The notes: generated by a model from the letters alone, not told the origin. A stretch of 64,000 nt of DNA from an uncultured Nitrososphaerales archaeon (GCA_963695855.1 CAVOHZ010000010.1:1568001-1632000), one strand, 5' to 3'; positions 31,894-43,066 are shown, numbered from the stretch's first letter. Program-made: numbers and translations.

Positions 31894-31979
31894 TTATTCA
31901 TCAGTTAATCATATTAGGAACGAGTATTATATGAACATGGGAGAAACCATCATAGCTAGCATCATTCTACCATTAATTA

Positions 31980-32888
31980 TTGAATAAACAACAATCAAAA
32001 TATGTTAGATTAGCAGATCAACTATTACGTATTCTCAAACATTGCAGAATTCCATTATATATGCATAGAAAGAGCAATCACATTTACACAGTATGGCAAC
32101 ACATAGTACTTGTTACAATAAGAAGACAGTATGAAGGTAAGAGTTATCGAATGTTTACAGACTGGCTTGTTGAAGCATACTATTTGAGGTTGTTTCTCCA
32201 GTTGTCCAAGATACCACATTATACAACATTACAGAAATTCACTGATAGAATCAATATAGTGTTATTAGAAAGGATAATCTCATCTTTTATTCTTTTTACA
32301 GGTACAAGATACATATTTGCTGGAATAGATTCAACTGGATTCAAGGTAACACATGCATCAGAATACTATACAGATAGAGCCAAATTGAGAAAGAAATATG
32401 CTAAATTATCTATTGGCGCAGATGTTCTAAAGCAAATAATCTGTAACATCAAGGTAAGACGAGCTCCAACACGACATGATAACATAGACTTCAAGCCGAT
32501 TGTGACAAGAATATCAAAAATAAAATCATTATCTGTAGTTGTTGCAGATAAAGCATATGACAGCGAAGATAACCATGTACTTGTAATAGAGAAATTACAT
32601 GGCTTGAGTATCATGCCTCCAAGATATGAAGGTGTACCAGTATGGAAGACTCATGGCAGATACAGAAAGGGAATGAAACGTGGATACAACAAGATTCTGT
32701 ACAACCAGCGTAACAAAGATGAAACTATTGTATCAGTCATAAAGAGGTTATTTGGGGAACATATTACATCCAGGCTGATAAGAATGCAGAACAGGGAACT
32801 GACTTTGAGATGTATAGCATACAATGTTCACAGAATGGTGAAGTTGGTTGTTATGGTGATGGTTTCTACACAGCCATTCTATACATAA
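31980..32888 (+). CDS. IS5-family DDE transposase
   Basis: PHYTTLQKF, GIDSTG, VADKAYDS, YNQRNKDET...IKRLFGE. Confidence 0.9.
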   Translation: MNKQQSKYVRLADQLLRILKHCRIPLYMHRKSNHIYTVWQHIVLVTIRRQYEGKSYRMFTDWLVEAYYLRLFLQLSKIPHYTTLQKFTDRINIVLLERIISSFILFTGTRYIFAGIDSTGFKVTHASEYYTDRAKLRKKYAKLSIGADVLKQIICNIKVRRAPTRHDNIDFKPIVTRISKIKSLSVVVADKAYDSEDNHVLVIEKLHGLSIMPPRYEGVPVWKTHGRYRKGMKRGYNKILYNQRNKDETIVSVIKRLFGEHITSRLIRMQNRELTLRCIAYNVHRMVKLVVMVMVSTQPFYT

Positions 32889-33149
32889 TCTTTTTATACT
32901 TCCGTTTTTAAACACCTTCACTTTTTAAATTATCTAATATTTTTAATGTTAACATATTAGAGGATGATACTTTATTTATAGAATTTAAGAAATACTCATA
33001 TTTTTTGGTATCTAATGATTGTTTTATTAATATTGTGTAATAAGATGGGACATATTTAAAATTATGAGAAACTATTTAATAGCAATATAATTGTCTCAAC
33101 TTTCCAAATAATATTGGTTTTGATAATAGTAATAGAAGATCTCCTATTG

Positions 33150-33690
33150 TCGTTACTGATGATGATGCAATGTATTTTCCATAAATATACTGGCTGTTGT
33201 TGTAGTACATATTTTTACCTCACAAAAAATATGTCGGTATCTTTCTAACCTTCATTCTTTTGTTGTTTAATATTGTCCTTACCACGGCACCTATCCTTTT
33301 CTGCTCCCTATTTCTAACGTTTTTTTAAATGTATCTATTGCTATTGTCTGTTCATCAATGATCTTCTTTAGTGGCTCAATCTATTTTCTCATTCTTGTTT
33401 ATCGTATTATCTTCACTCGAACCTGAAAGTACCATCCTGCCTTATTATGAATTCTTGCTTCGAGCTGTATAGCACCTTTGGATTCAGATTGTAGTTTCAT
33501 GGTAGTTCTGCCACTGTGATATTTTGTAGTCAATAGTTTCATTACAATCCTTGTCTTGTTTTCGGTGTCCATTTTCTAGTACTATTCTCTTTAACACCTT
33601 GTATATGTATGACCTCCTTCTATACATCTAATGATAGAAGTAAAAAAGTCTCCATTGCAGGATATTCTCATTTTCAATGGGTCCAGACTA
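33150..33690 (-). pseudogene. Degraded IS3-like transposase OrfA remnant (boundaries approximate)
   Basis: Minus-strand fragments RKWTPKT...IVMKLLT and LKKIIDEQTIAIDTFKKTLE resemble IS3 OrfA; many stops. Confidence 0.45.
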
Positions 33691-34264
33691 TAATACATTA
33701 ACTGATGAAACTGCATACGGTGGAGGTCAAGTACTTTGATATTGATAGCAAGAAAATGAAGCTGTTTTTGTTGCGACTATAGGATTTGCTCATGATGACT
33801 GGACCGTTATTATATGGACCAACTAATGTTTCAATCAAAAAAATTGCAGACAAGTTAGGAAAAATATTTGTAAAAAACAGACTTATCATCAGATCTCTAT
33901 ATATTTACAAATGTAATAAATCGAACTGGTTCAATTGCATTTCAGGTAAGTATTGGATCTACTAAAGCAGCTGAGAATGCATTTTCCTCTTTGGAGAATA
34001 TTAAATGCAACATGAAAAGATATCATGTAAGCGCAATTTCTCACAACACGAAGAAATAATAGAACATGCAAAAGAAGATAATATAATAACCTGAATTGCT
34101 GGTATAGTAATCAATTGTCCATTTGAGTCATAATGTTATTACCAATTTTTTAAAATTTTATTTAGCACGATTCAACTTTAATTTATTAATTTAATCTATT
34201 TGTAGTAATATTTCATAGTTTTATTACTTTTTATTTTATTAACAAAATCTGATTATTTATAAGA

Positions 34265-34972
34265 ATGTTGATGCTTATAGAGTATATGAAATATCTAAAT
34301 TTAATAATCATAGTAACGGTTATTCCAATTCTAGCAGGAATACTAAATGTTAATACTAGCGAAGTATTTGCTCTAAATTTAACTACAAATTCTTCATCTG
34401 CAATGACTCATTCCGTTAATAATGAAACATATATATCATCAAACAATAATTCTTCGCTAAATAATTATCAAGAATCACAAACTTTTACGCATGGATTAGT
34501 GGTTAAAATTGATAATGTAGGGTATTATTTTGATGGTCCTTCAGACGGTGCAAATGGTACAAAAGATGCGCCTGGTCATTATTGGTGGCAGGATACACCA
34601 TATCATCTATATGGACTTCATTACAATATCGGTCCGTTTGGAGAGCAAAATTGGTGGTCTTCTGATACTAAAGGTAATGAATTGCTATATTTAGTAGATG
34701 TTATAATCGCACCCTGGACAAATACAACTGCTTATGAATTCGCTAAACAAGGATATGTTCACTATCATGAATTAGTAAAAACGGACAGTGGAGAAAAACA
34801 TCCTGAATTAGTGGCTTGGTTTAAACATGTAGCAGTACCTGCATCATTTATACTAGATAAAGGTCCTATGCAAGAAGATAAACACATAGTTTCTGCAGGA
34901 ATTGATTATAGGTTCTTAAACAATTACTTTATACCATATGATCCAAAAACAGACCATGGTCATGACGAATGA
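34265..34972 (+). CDS. Secreted hypothetical protein, His/Trp-rich
   Basis: Signal peptide ending VFA, S/N-rich linker, PGHYW, GLHYN, YVHYHELV, WFKH. Confidence 0.75.
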   Translation: MLMLIEYMKYLNLIIIVTVIPILAGILNVNTSEVFALNLTTNSSSAMTHSVNNETYISSNNNSSLNNYQESQTFTHGLVVKIDNVGYYFDGPSDGANGTKDAPGHYWWQDTPYHLYGLHYNIGPFGEQNWWSSDTKGNELLYLVDVIIAPWTNTTAYEFAKQGYVHYHELVKTDSGEKHPELVAWFKHVAVPASFILDKGPMQEDKHIVSAGIDYRFLNNYFIPYDPKTDHGHDE

Positions 34973-35192
34973 AGTGATATAAATAAGAAATTCTTTTATT
35001 TTATTTTCTCAGTTTTAAATAATTAAATATCTGATGAAGGTTAAATATAACTTATTTGTATCAACTATCATTAATAAAATATTTTTTTTATACATAAAAT
35101 ACGAATAAATGATTATACTAAGGATATAGACATAAACATATCTAAACTACTTTATACTATTAAATATATTTAAAAAATTTATAGTTTTGAAT

Positions 35193-35868
35193 GGTGCTGT
35201 TAGTTTAACGATATTTATTGAGCTAGAATGTACTATTTCTTTCTAACAATCCTTGATCATTAGAATAGAAACAGAACATACGATTGATGATGATGATGAT
35301 GTATTCTTCTCTGTATTTATTTACTTTCTTGTTCTCTGTCAGTCTCAAAAAAATAAAGACATTGAAATCTTCTAAAGATGAAAACAAAAGAAGTTACATC
35401 TCAAATTCAATCAAGTTAGATCTTTTCAAATCTATATGGCAAGAGTTTCCGTTTTTACAGTAGATAAAAGAATAATCAAATATTACTTAATATCGATAGA
35501 CTTCTTGTACTGTATTGAACTTGAAAAATCGGTGCTCGTAGCAAAGAATTTTAGTCATTCTTTGATTAAAAAGTATGGAAAACATATTGTTTACATTGAT
35601 GGTGTTACTAGGTATCCACAAGCATGCAACTTTTTACACCTAAAACACAGAATGCATTCTCCTTTAGAAGACACTGATAGAACGAGTAAGCAGTATTTCA
35701 AATAGAACCTCCTTCATGATTACTATTCATGTATAGCAACAAAAACAGAAAATATGATCTAGGACATGTATAGAATTGCAAAGTTATTTATCTATAAATA
35801 TAATACAATAATTACAAATAAAATTCCATTTCTTGATGGAGGTAATTTATATTAATTTAAGGAAGACT
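35193..35868 (+). mobile_element. Degenerate IS6-family element, copy A1
   Basis: End ggtgctgttagtttaa; fragment [26 protein letters not shown]; near-identical inverted copy at 46647-47311. Confidence 0.8.
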
Positions 35869-36182
35869 ATACAATTTATTTGTTCAACAACATTTGAAAT
35901 TTAACAGGTTTTATATTATTTATTTAAAACGTCAAATCTTTAAAAAACTATTTTAAAAACATGAATTATTGTCGCTGTTTTTTAACACATCTTCCCATCT
36001 GATTTTTTTCATGGTTTTTCAGATGGTTAATACAACCAATAAATTTATGTTCAGTACATCCACAAATAATACATCTATTGATTTTCTGACTGTTTTCCAA
36101 TTCAAAAATATAATACTATTGACAATATTAGTTTGTTTTCTTATTCTAACATTGTTAATAATTTATTGAAATTAAAAATTTT

Positions 36183-37238
36183 TTAAATGTTAACATCTGA
36201 TTTCCCTTCAATGCCCACTAAAAATTTTTCTTGAATGGGTGTAATACTATATTTACATCCAACCATCTTACTAACTATGTATAAATTTGTTTTTAAATGT
36301 TCTGTGACTTTCCCAATAACAAATCTAGAATTTCCTCTAGCCAAGCTAGCTGGTATGACTAACATATCTGCCAAGTTATGATCTACAGACACATTTTTAA
36401 TATAATTTTCCAGAAATTTAGTTACTGCTTCTTTTCCAACATCCTCAGCACTTTTATTTTTTTGTCCAACCGCATCTCCACCTATAAATTCACCAAAATC
36501 AGATTTTGTGTAAACTAAAATTGACGATCCTGGAGAAATTGCATTTTCAACCGATGCTATATAGTTATTACATCTTATACCATTTTTTTCTAGATGTAAT
36601 AGTACAGTAGAAATTTGACGATCCAAAACATGTCTAGGAAGCCTAGAACAAACACCTATAACTATAGGTTTACTTCTTTGACCGCTAATGAAATCGATCA
36701 GACCTAAGTTCTTACAAGGTAGTATTTTAGTTTGAACTATTCCGCCTCCTTTGGGATAATATCCTCTTCTTATAACATCTATTTTAAAAATTATTCCAAT
36801 ATTTTTATATGCTTCAGAGACAACATATTTCATATAATCAATCGTAGGACTTGCAATCACATCGGTTCCTCCAATAATTTTGATACTGATATTTTTTTTA
36901 GATAATGATATTGCTGGAACTATTGTCTGTAGTATCAACGAAATGCTTCCAGCTGTGCCAATATCAATTTCCAATTCAGCAATTCCTTTATCCGTGTGCA
37001 AACTATTGGGATAAAATTTTATACTTTGGTTTCCCACACATAGGTTTTCCACAGTAGCATTGAAAATTGTACTCAAAGCTTTGACCGCATGGACATGTTG
37101 AGGTCTCAAACCGGGATTTGGTCTTTTGGATCGTATATTGAATATCTCTACAGGTTTTTCCAGAAGTACAGAAAGGCATATAGTAGAACGAAGTATTTGT
37201 CCTCCTCCTTCTCCAAATGAACCATCAATCTTTAACAA
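36183..37238 (-). CDS. rtcA: RNA 3'-terminal phosphate cyclase
   Basis: IDGSFGEGGGQILR, RPNPGLRPQH, GTAGS, GGTDV, GYYPKGGG, TEHLKTN. Confidence 0.95.
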   Translation of the reverse strand: MLKIDGSFGEGGGQILRSTICLSVLLEKPVEIFNIRSKRPNPGLRPQHVHAVKALSTIFNATVENLCVGNQSIKFYPNSLHTDKGIAELEIDIGTAGSISLILQTIVPAISLSKKNISIKIIGGTDVIASPTIDYMKYVVSEAYKNIGIIFKIDVIRRGYYPKGGGIVQTKILPCKNLGLIDFISGQRSKPIVIGVCSRLPRHVLDRQISTVLLHLEKNGIRCNNYIASVENAISPGSSILVYTKSDFGEFIGGDAVGQKNKSAEDVGKEAVTKFLENYIKNVSVDHNLADMLVIPASLARGNSRFVIGKVTEHLKTNLYIVSKMVGCKYSITPIQEKFLVGIEGKSDVNI

Positions 37239-37295
37239 TAATCATATTTTTGTTATTAATAAAATAATAATTTTGCCTTAGAAAATATGAAAATA

Positions 37296-39056
37296 TGTGT
37301 TATTACATCTCAATGTTCCAACACAATTAGTAGACTTATTATGGTCATAATACATGATTAACTTGAAATACAAAGATTCTCTCATAAAGACAGGAGAAAT
37401 ATTACTTGATTTTGATATTATTGATAATTGGATTATGTAATTAGAAAAGACGAATTATGGTAAAGAAGAAGGTAGAAAGTTCGTATATCAGATTCATTTA
37501 CGAAATTATTGTAGTACAGAGAGTATACATATTTTCACTTACCGTACATAGAAGAAGACAAGAAGGTTTATTACTAGCTCACACTATCAATACAATTCAG
37601 TTCCATCAATTCCAAATCATAGTAACATTAGCGGAAGAAGATACAGACTGAATATTAAAAAATAAGCAAGGACAAATCTATTTACATGATGGTTATTTTG
37701 TAATAGCAATTGATTGTACTTGTGTAAAGATATCCAACCAAATAGAATGAATACGTCAAATGGAATGTGAATAGAGGATATCTAGAGACATATGTAGCAG
37801 TTGATAATCAAGAGAAAGAGAGTCTTATCATTAAAAGTAACTTTCAAACAAGTACATGATAGAAAAGTATTGCCAGAGCTGATAAATGACGTGACGATAA
37901 AGAATAATAAGATAATAATAGATACTATTATTATGGATTGCTCCTATGACGATAACAAGAATTTTCAATTTCTATCATTTAAAGAAATGCCACCAGCAAT
38001 AATAAATGTAAGAAATAATTGCAGATGTAAAAATACCAATCATCGCGTCAGAAACAAGGTTGTAAAAAGTACAGAAAAATAACTTACAGTAATGCTGGAA
38101 AGAAGTGTACTATATTGTCAGAGATGGATGACAGAAGAAACTGTCTTCTTTTGTATCAAAAGAATGTTTGGACAATATGTTTCCGCTATTTGATTTGAGA
38201 ATACCTAAAGGAGATAATACTCAAAGTATCATTGTATAAGTTGTTTATTAGAAGTATAGGTGCTGTTAACTTAAGGAAAGAGCTATAGCTGTGAACGCTC
38301 TATTCTAACAATATAGATGTTGTTAAGATTTGTCAGAAACATCCACATGTATAGTAATGTATTCTCTTTATTTGTACTTTCTTGGTCTGAGTCTACGAAA
38401 TACATCCAAAGCATTGGAACCTTTTAAGGACCAAAAAAGAAGTTATGTTACTGTTTGGAAATGGATTCAACTATTTGGTTCATTGTAGATCTATAACAAG
38501 CATAGAAGAATTTCCGCATTCATAATCGATGAGACAATGATTCAGATTGGTAATCAACACTTTTGGTTATGGATTTGTATTGAACCTGTTCATAAATCTA
38601 TACCTGGAATCTATATTTCAGAAGAGAGAAACATGCTTGTAGCAGAAAATTTTATCAGATCCCTTGTATCAAGGTATGAAAAACATACAGTATACACAGA
38701 TGATGGTGGTACGTGGTATCCACAAGCATGCAACTTTTTAAATCTAAAACACGTATCGCATTCACCATTTGAGAAAAGTCTGATTGAAAGAGTGATGCAG
38801 TATTTCAAGGATAGGACGGAAAGTTTTGATGATTACTATCCTTGTAATAATATTATACAAAATTGTCATCTACAACATGTATACAATTGGATAAGATTAT
38901 TCGTTTATCTATATAATGCAAAAATCAGAAACAAAATTCTATTCAAAATTGGAGGTAAAATAGTCTTAAGTTAACACAGCCGAAGTATAAGTGTTACATG
39001 ATAACTGATTATTGATAGAAAGTGATGATTATCTAGATGAGTTGTACAACAGAGCA
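37296..39056 (+). pseudogene. Degraded IS5-family element (related to 50919-51931), interrupted by IS6; boundaries approximate
   Basis: Fragments GEILLDFDIIDNW, KRVLSLKVT..QVHDRKVLPEL, IMDCSYD; right end agttgtacaacagagc. Confidence 0.78.
38259..38981 (+). mobile_element. IS6-family element, copy B1, transposase disrupted (C-terminal ORF 38537-38974)
   Basis: TIRs ggtgctgttaacttaag / cttaagttaacacagcc; 8-bp TSD gaagtata; [31 protein letters not shown]. Confidence 0.9.
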
Positions 39057-39180
39057 GTAAAAATATATTGTCATCAAAATTATTAATTTTCAAAAAATAT
39101 TTCTTTTAGGAGTACTCATTCTACATCTCTTGAATTTAAAGACTAAAAAGATTAATAGATGAATATAATAATATTTTGTA

Positions 39181-39435
39181 ATGCCAACAGCATATGTTTT
39201 AATAAATTGTGATTTAGGATCTGAAGCAGATATTATCAAAGAACTAAAAAAATTGCCGGAAGTTGTAGAGGTCAGTGGAGTATTTGGAGTTTACGACATA
39301 ATAGTCCGAATCCGCTCTGATTCAATGGATAAACTACGTGAGGTAGTTACATGGAATGTAAGAAGGATAGATAAAGTTAGATCCACCTTGACCATGATGG
39401 TAATAGAGGGCCAGGGAGAAAAAGATATAAATTAA
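39181..39435 (+). CDS. Stand-alone Lrp/AsnC ligand-binding (RAM) domain protein
   Basis: AYVLINC..G, VFGVYDIIV, VRSTLTM. Confidence 0.9.
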   Translation: MPTAYVLINCDLGSEADIIKELKKLPEVVEVSGVFGVYDIIVRIRSDSMDKLREVVTWNVRRIDKVRSTLTMMVIEGQGEKDIN

Positions 39436-39545
39436 AAAGGAGATAAATCAAAAATCAATTATTTACTATCTTTTTATATTTTCTTGTTTTTCCAATTTTC
39501 GCATTGACATTATCATTTTATATTATTAATTATTTTAATTAGTAG

Positions 39546-40178
39546 TTGGACAATGTTTTTGATAATTTCTTGACTGATAATAAATTGAATACTCTATTAT
39601 TCTATAATCCATACCCCAAGCTTTGTTTTACATCCATGATGACCTCCTTCTTCAAAAAAACAATTTACCTAGATCTTGATACAACTTTTACTGCCTATGT
39701 CAATTCGGGCTTCATACTAAATTATTCACCAAAAACAATCTTACTGGTTACCCCAGACGAAGGAGATTTGGAATTTCTTTTAGATCAAATAGTATCTAAT
39801 AGTACAACGTCTTCATTAATTATTATTGATTCATTAAATAGCTTTTATAACTTGTATTATAAAAAAATTGATTGGAATTATTTTAAGGGAATTTCTAATG
39901 TTCAACATATTCTATCAAACTTTCTAATGCTACTTTTGAAACATTGTAATTCTATAAAAATTCCTATTCTTGTTACAAGCATGATGAGATACAAAAAGAA
40001 AGAAAACTGGGTTAAATTGCCTGCAAACAGAAGGTTTTTACAAAAAAAGAGCGGCGTAGTTTTTTATGTGGATATGTTTAATGAAAATGATCTTTCTGTT
40101 GATATACTTGTCCATCCTTTTCTATCTACTAAAAAATTAGTTCTGAAAAACCACGAAATTTCTATCACATATATCTAA
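39546..40178 (+). CDS. Hypothetical protein, degenerate RecA/RadB-like fold
   Basis: YLDLD and LIIIDSLNSFY (Walker B-like), IPILVTS; no intact Walker A. Confidence 0.6.
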   Translation: MDNVFDNFLTDNKLNTLLFYNPYPKLCFTSMMTSFFKKTIYLDLDTTFTAYVNSGFILNYSPKTILLVTPDEGDLEFLLDQIVSNSTTSSLIIIDSLNSFYNLYYKKIDWNYFKGISNVQHILSNFLMLLLKHCNSIKIPILVTSMMRYKKKENWVKLPANRRFLQKKSGVVFYVDMFNENDLSVDILVHPFLSTKKLVLKNHEISITYI

Positions 40179-40273
40179 TTTTGATAAAATATCAGTCTAA
40201 TTTCTTGTCAAATTAATTTGACAAATCAGTATTTTTATGTTAAGATTTATAGGATTCTTTAATTCTACTAGGT

Positions 40274-40729
40274 TTGTCTTTGGTTAATCCTTATATCTTG
40301 AATCAATTATTACTTGTTATAATAATACTATCAGTATTATTAGTATTATTTGATCTATACATCTCATCTTCTCAAGAGTATAAAATTAATGATTTACTGT
40401 CACTAGATGTTCAGATATTAAAAAATCCTATCAATTTAGGAGAAGAACAAATAATTCGATTTTTATTAAATGATACAACTCTAAATAATAAAATTAATCA
40501 AACTGCTCTTATAGAAGGAAATATAATTTATTTGTCAGGAATCGCTCAGCCATTTTCATTAAATATTACACCCTCAAAATGGTATAATTATTCATGGACA
40601 GTAAATCCTGATATTCAAAAATTTGGGACAGTTTTAGTAGAAATAAATTTATTATATAATGAATCAAAAATTAATATGCAAAATATTACATTCAATATAA
40701 GTAACGAAAAAAATATAAATAATTCATAA
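40274..40729 (+). CDS. Hypothetical membrane-anchored protein
   Basis: N-terminal hydrophobic helix, beta-rich body (YSWTV), several NxS/T sequons. Confidence 0.6.
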   Translation: MSLVNPYILNQLLLVIIILSVLLVLFDLYISSSQEYKINDLLSLDVQILKNPINLGEEQIIRFLLNDTTLNNKINQTALIEGNIIYLSGIAQPFSLNITPSKWYNYSWTVNPDIQKFGTVLVEINLLYNESKINMQNITFNISNEKNINNS

Positions 40730-40754
40730 ATATTTTCAAAATGATTATCATTTA

Positions 40755-41675
40755 GAGCCTATCCCAAAAATAGATAGGAATATAGCTCCTTTGTTTCTTA
40801 TCATATCTGATAATGTTTAAGAGTGAAAAATATATTAGAACTATTACATGTATTCCAGATGATCTATGGAATGAAATTAAAAATATTTTACCTGATGCCA
40901 AACCAAATATACAATAGGTCGTCCAATTGTTCCATACAGAAAAGTATTTGATGGTATCATGTTTATCCTGAGAACTGGATGTCAATGGAAAATGTTACCC
41001 AAAGAATATGGTTCTGGTTCTACATGTCATAGAAGATTTCAAGAATGGAGAGAATCAGATATATTTGATAAATTATGGAGCAGATTATTAAAATTATATG
41101 ATTTAAAGAATAGAATAAAATGGAACTAGCAGTCACTTGATAACATCTCTATAAAATCACCTTTAGGGGGGCGATGACAGGTCATAATCCTACTGCAAAT
41201 AGAAGTAAATTAGGTAGTAAAAGACATATTTTAACAGATAAAGATGGCATTCCCCTTTCAACTGTTATAATATCTGCAAATACTCACGATGTTACTGTTG
41301 CAACAAATACAATTGATAATATTGTTATCAAAAGACCACCACCTTCTTCGTCAATAGCAAAATATAGAAACAAGAAGAAGAATAAGAAAAAGCAGAATCT
41401 ATGTCTTGATAAAGCATATCATTCCAAGGAAATAGAACAAGAAGTTATCAAAAGAGGATATATTCCACATATACGACACAGAAGAGAAGAAAAGAAATGC
41501 AGCAATAGACATCCTGCAGTAAGAAGATGGGTGGTAGAGAGAACAAATTCTTGGCATAACAGATTCAGAAAATTATTTACAATGTATGAAAAGAAGGAGG
41601 ACGAGAACTATCTTGGTCTTGTACAGTTAGCAAGTAGCATTATTGTTTACAGAAGGCTAATTTTGGGATAGGCTC
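40755..41675 (+). mobile_element. IS5-family element (two-ORF type), orfA disrupted
   Basis: TIRs gagcctatcccaaaa / ttttgggataggctc; 3-bp TSD tta; ILRTGCQWKMLPKEYGSGSTCHRRF; orfB 41174-41671 with LDKAY and RWVVERT. Confidence 0.9.
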
Positions 41676-41900
41676 TTATTTCCAGAAGAATGAGTTTTTT
41701 AACATATTAATTTGTCTTTGATTAAGAATAATAACCTCTTTAATTGAATTTAATATAAAATATTATAATATTATACTTAAGTATCTTGAATAGCTTTGAA
41801 GAGTCATAGATAAAATACTTGGAGAATTTAAAAAACCTCTATTCTATCTATTTTTTTAAATTAAATCTTTCTTAAAGTTAACATATTATTATAAATATTA

Positions 41901-42179
41901 ATGAACATGAAAAATAGAAGCAGAAATGAGATCATAGCTTTTATTCTAGAATCTGTTTCTAACAGTAAAAGCAATGATGGTATTACAGCTACTAAAATCA
42001 TGTACAGTGCATTCTTATCTTATTCGCAACTGAAAGAATATCTTGCATTACTATTAGAAAAGGATCTATTAGAATATAAGTCTAACACACAAACATATAA
42101 AGTAACCTTTAAAGGTACACATTATATATCTATTCATAAACGATTGACGGAGATGATAATAACAACTCCACAATATTGA
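41901..42179 (+). CDS. Winged helix-turn-helix transcriptional regulator
   Basis: RSRNEIIAFILE...TKIMYSAFLSYSQLKEYL..L..KDLL...YKVTFKG. Confidence 0.88.
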   Translation: MNMKNRSRNEIIAFILESVSNSKSNDGITATKIMYSAFLSYSQLKEYLALLLEKDLLEYKSNTQTYKVTFKGTHYISIHKRLTEMIITTPQY

Positions 42180-42436
42180 TTTGTTACAAAAACGTATTTT
42201 CATCATATATTTTTCGAAGATGGCTTGTTATGTTTTAAAAATATGTTTATTTGTGTATGATCAAGCAAAATTTAACAACAAATCAGCAATATCGAATTTA
42301 AAAAATGAAATTAATTGCGGAAATGTGTGATAATTTGTACAGGCTATTTCAAAATATATGAAAAACGTAATCATTATTTCTATTAAATAAATAATTAAAC
42401 CTATAAATTTTTGTTAATAATAATTATAAATATCAA

Positions 42437-43012
42437 TTGGAATCTCATGTACAGTTTCGTTATCATGATCTTTCTATTCGAGAAATAGAACTAATATATA
42501 TTTATTTAACAAAATCATTCTATGTTACAGAAGAACAATTATCATTAGATGAAATAGAAAAAGAATATGCTCATTTGGCTGAAAATGACTATTCACTAAC
42601 GTTAATAGAACTAGCTTTTTCTGGTAAATTTGATGATTCCTTCTTTAAGATTCTCAGACCTGAACGATGGCATTCTATTAAAAATATTATCAAAGAAATT
42701 AAACATAGAAGGGGAAAAAGATCAGTGTTAGTTTTATTGAAATTTGCTGGGGTCACTAATATAAATTCAGATATTGTATTTTGTATTATAAATAAATTTG
42801 ATAAACCATTCGAGATAGCCATTGAAAAAATTGAATATCTAGTTGATATTGTACCAACACAACTTGCAAATCTACCTAATGATATAACCGAAGTTGTATA
42901 CCATTTTGATGATTTGTCAGCAAAATGGACTCCATTTCGTGCGAGAAGAAATGATAAAAATTATTCCAGCACATTTGTATTAAAAGATAGCAAATGGGAA
43001 ATAATAAATTAA
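42437..43012 (+). CDS. Hypothetical protein
   Basis: 191-aa ORF, no recognised motif. Confidence 0.65.
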   Translation: MESHVQFRYHDLSIREIELIYIYLTKSFYVTEEQLSLDEIEKEYAHLAENDYSLTLIELAFSGKFDDSFFKILRPERWHSIKNIIKEIKHRRGKRSVLVLLKFAGVTNINSDIVFCIINKFDKPFEIAIEKIEYLVDIVPTQLANLPNDITEVVYHFDDLSAKWTPFRARRNDKNYSSTFVLKDSKWEIIN

Positions 43013-43066
43013 TATAACTTTCATTTTAAATAGTTAATACCATCGATAAATGAAATATTTTATAGA

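Larger units (their letters stand above)
30659..31943 (+). mobile_element. IS110-family (IS1111-type) element
   Basis: AG core at both junctions (30657-58, 31942-43); sub-terminal IRs atgttc (30664-69) and gaacat (31933-38); long 3' non-coding end. Confidence 0.92.
30649..32875 (+). mobile_element. IS5-family element whose left TIR is interrupted by an IS110 element
   Basis: 9-bp TSD attctatac (30640-30648, 32876-32884); rejoined left TIR ggctctgtag|aaaccatca matches right TIR revcomp ggctgtgtagaaaccatca. Confidence 0.92.

Noticed and set aside
33690-34130. Coding-like decayed sequence
   Set aside because: Probably a pseudogene, but I cannot assign a family
35969-36169. 66-aa hydrophobic ORF
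   Set aside because: Short, low complexity, no supporting signal
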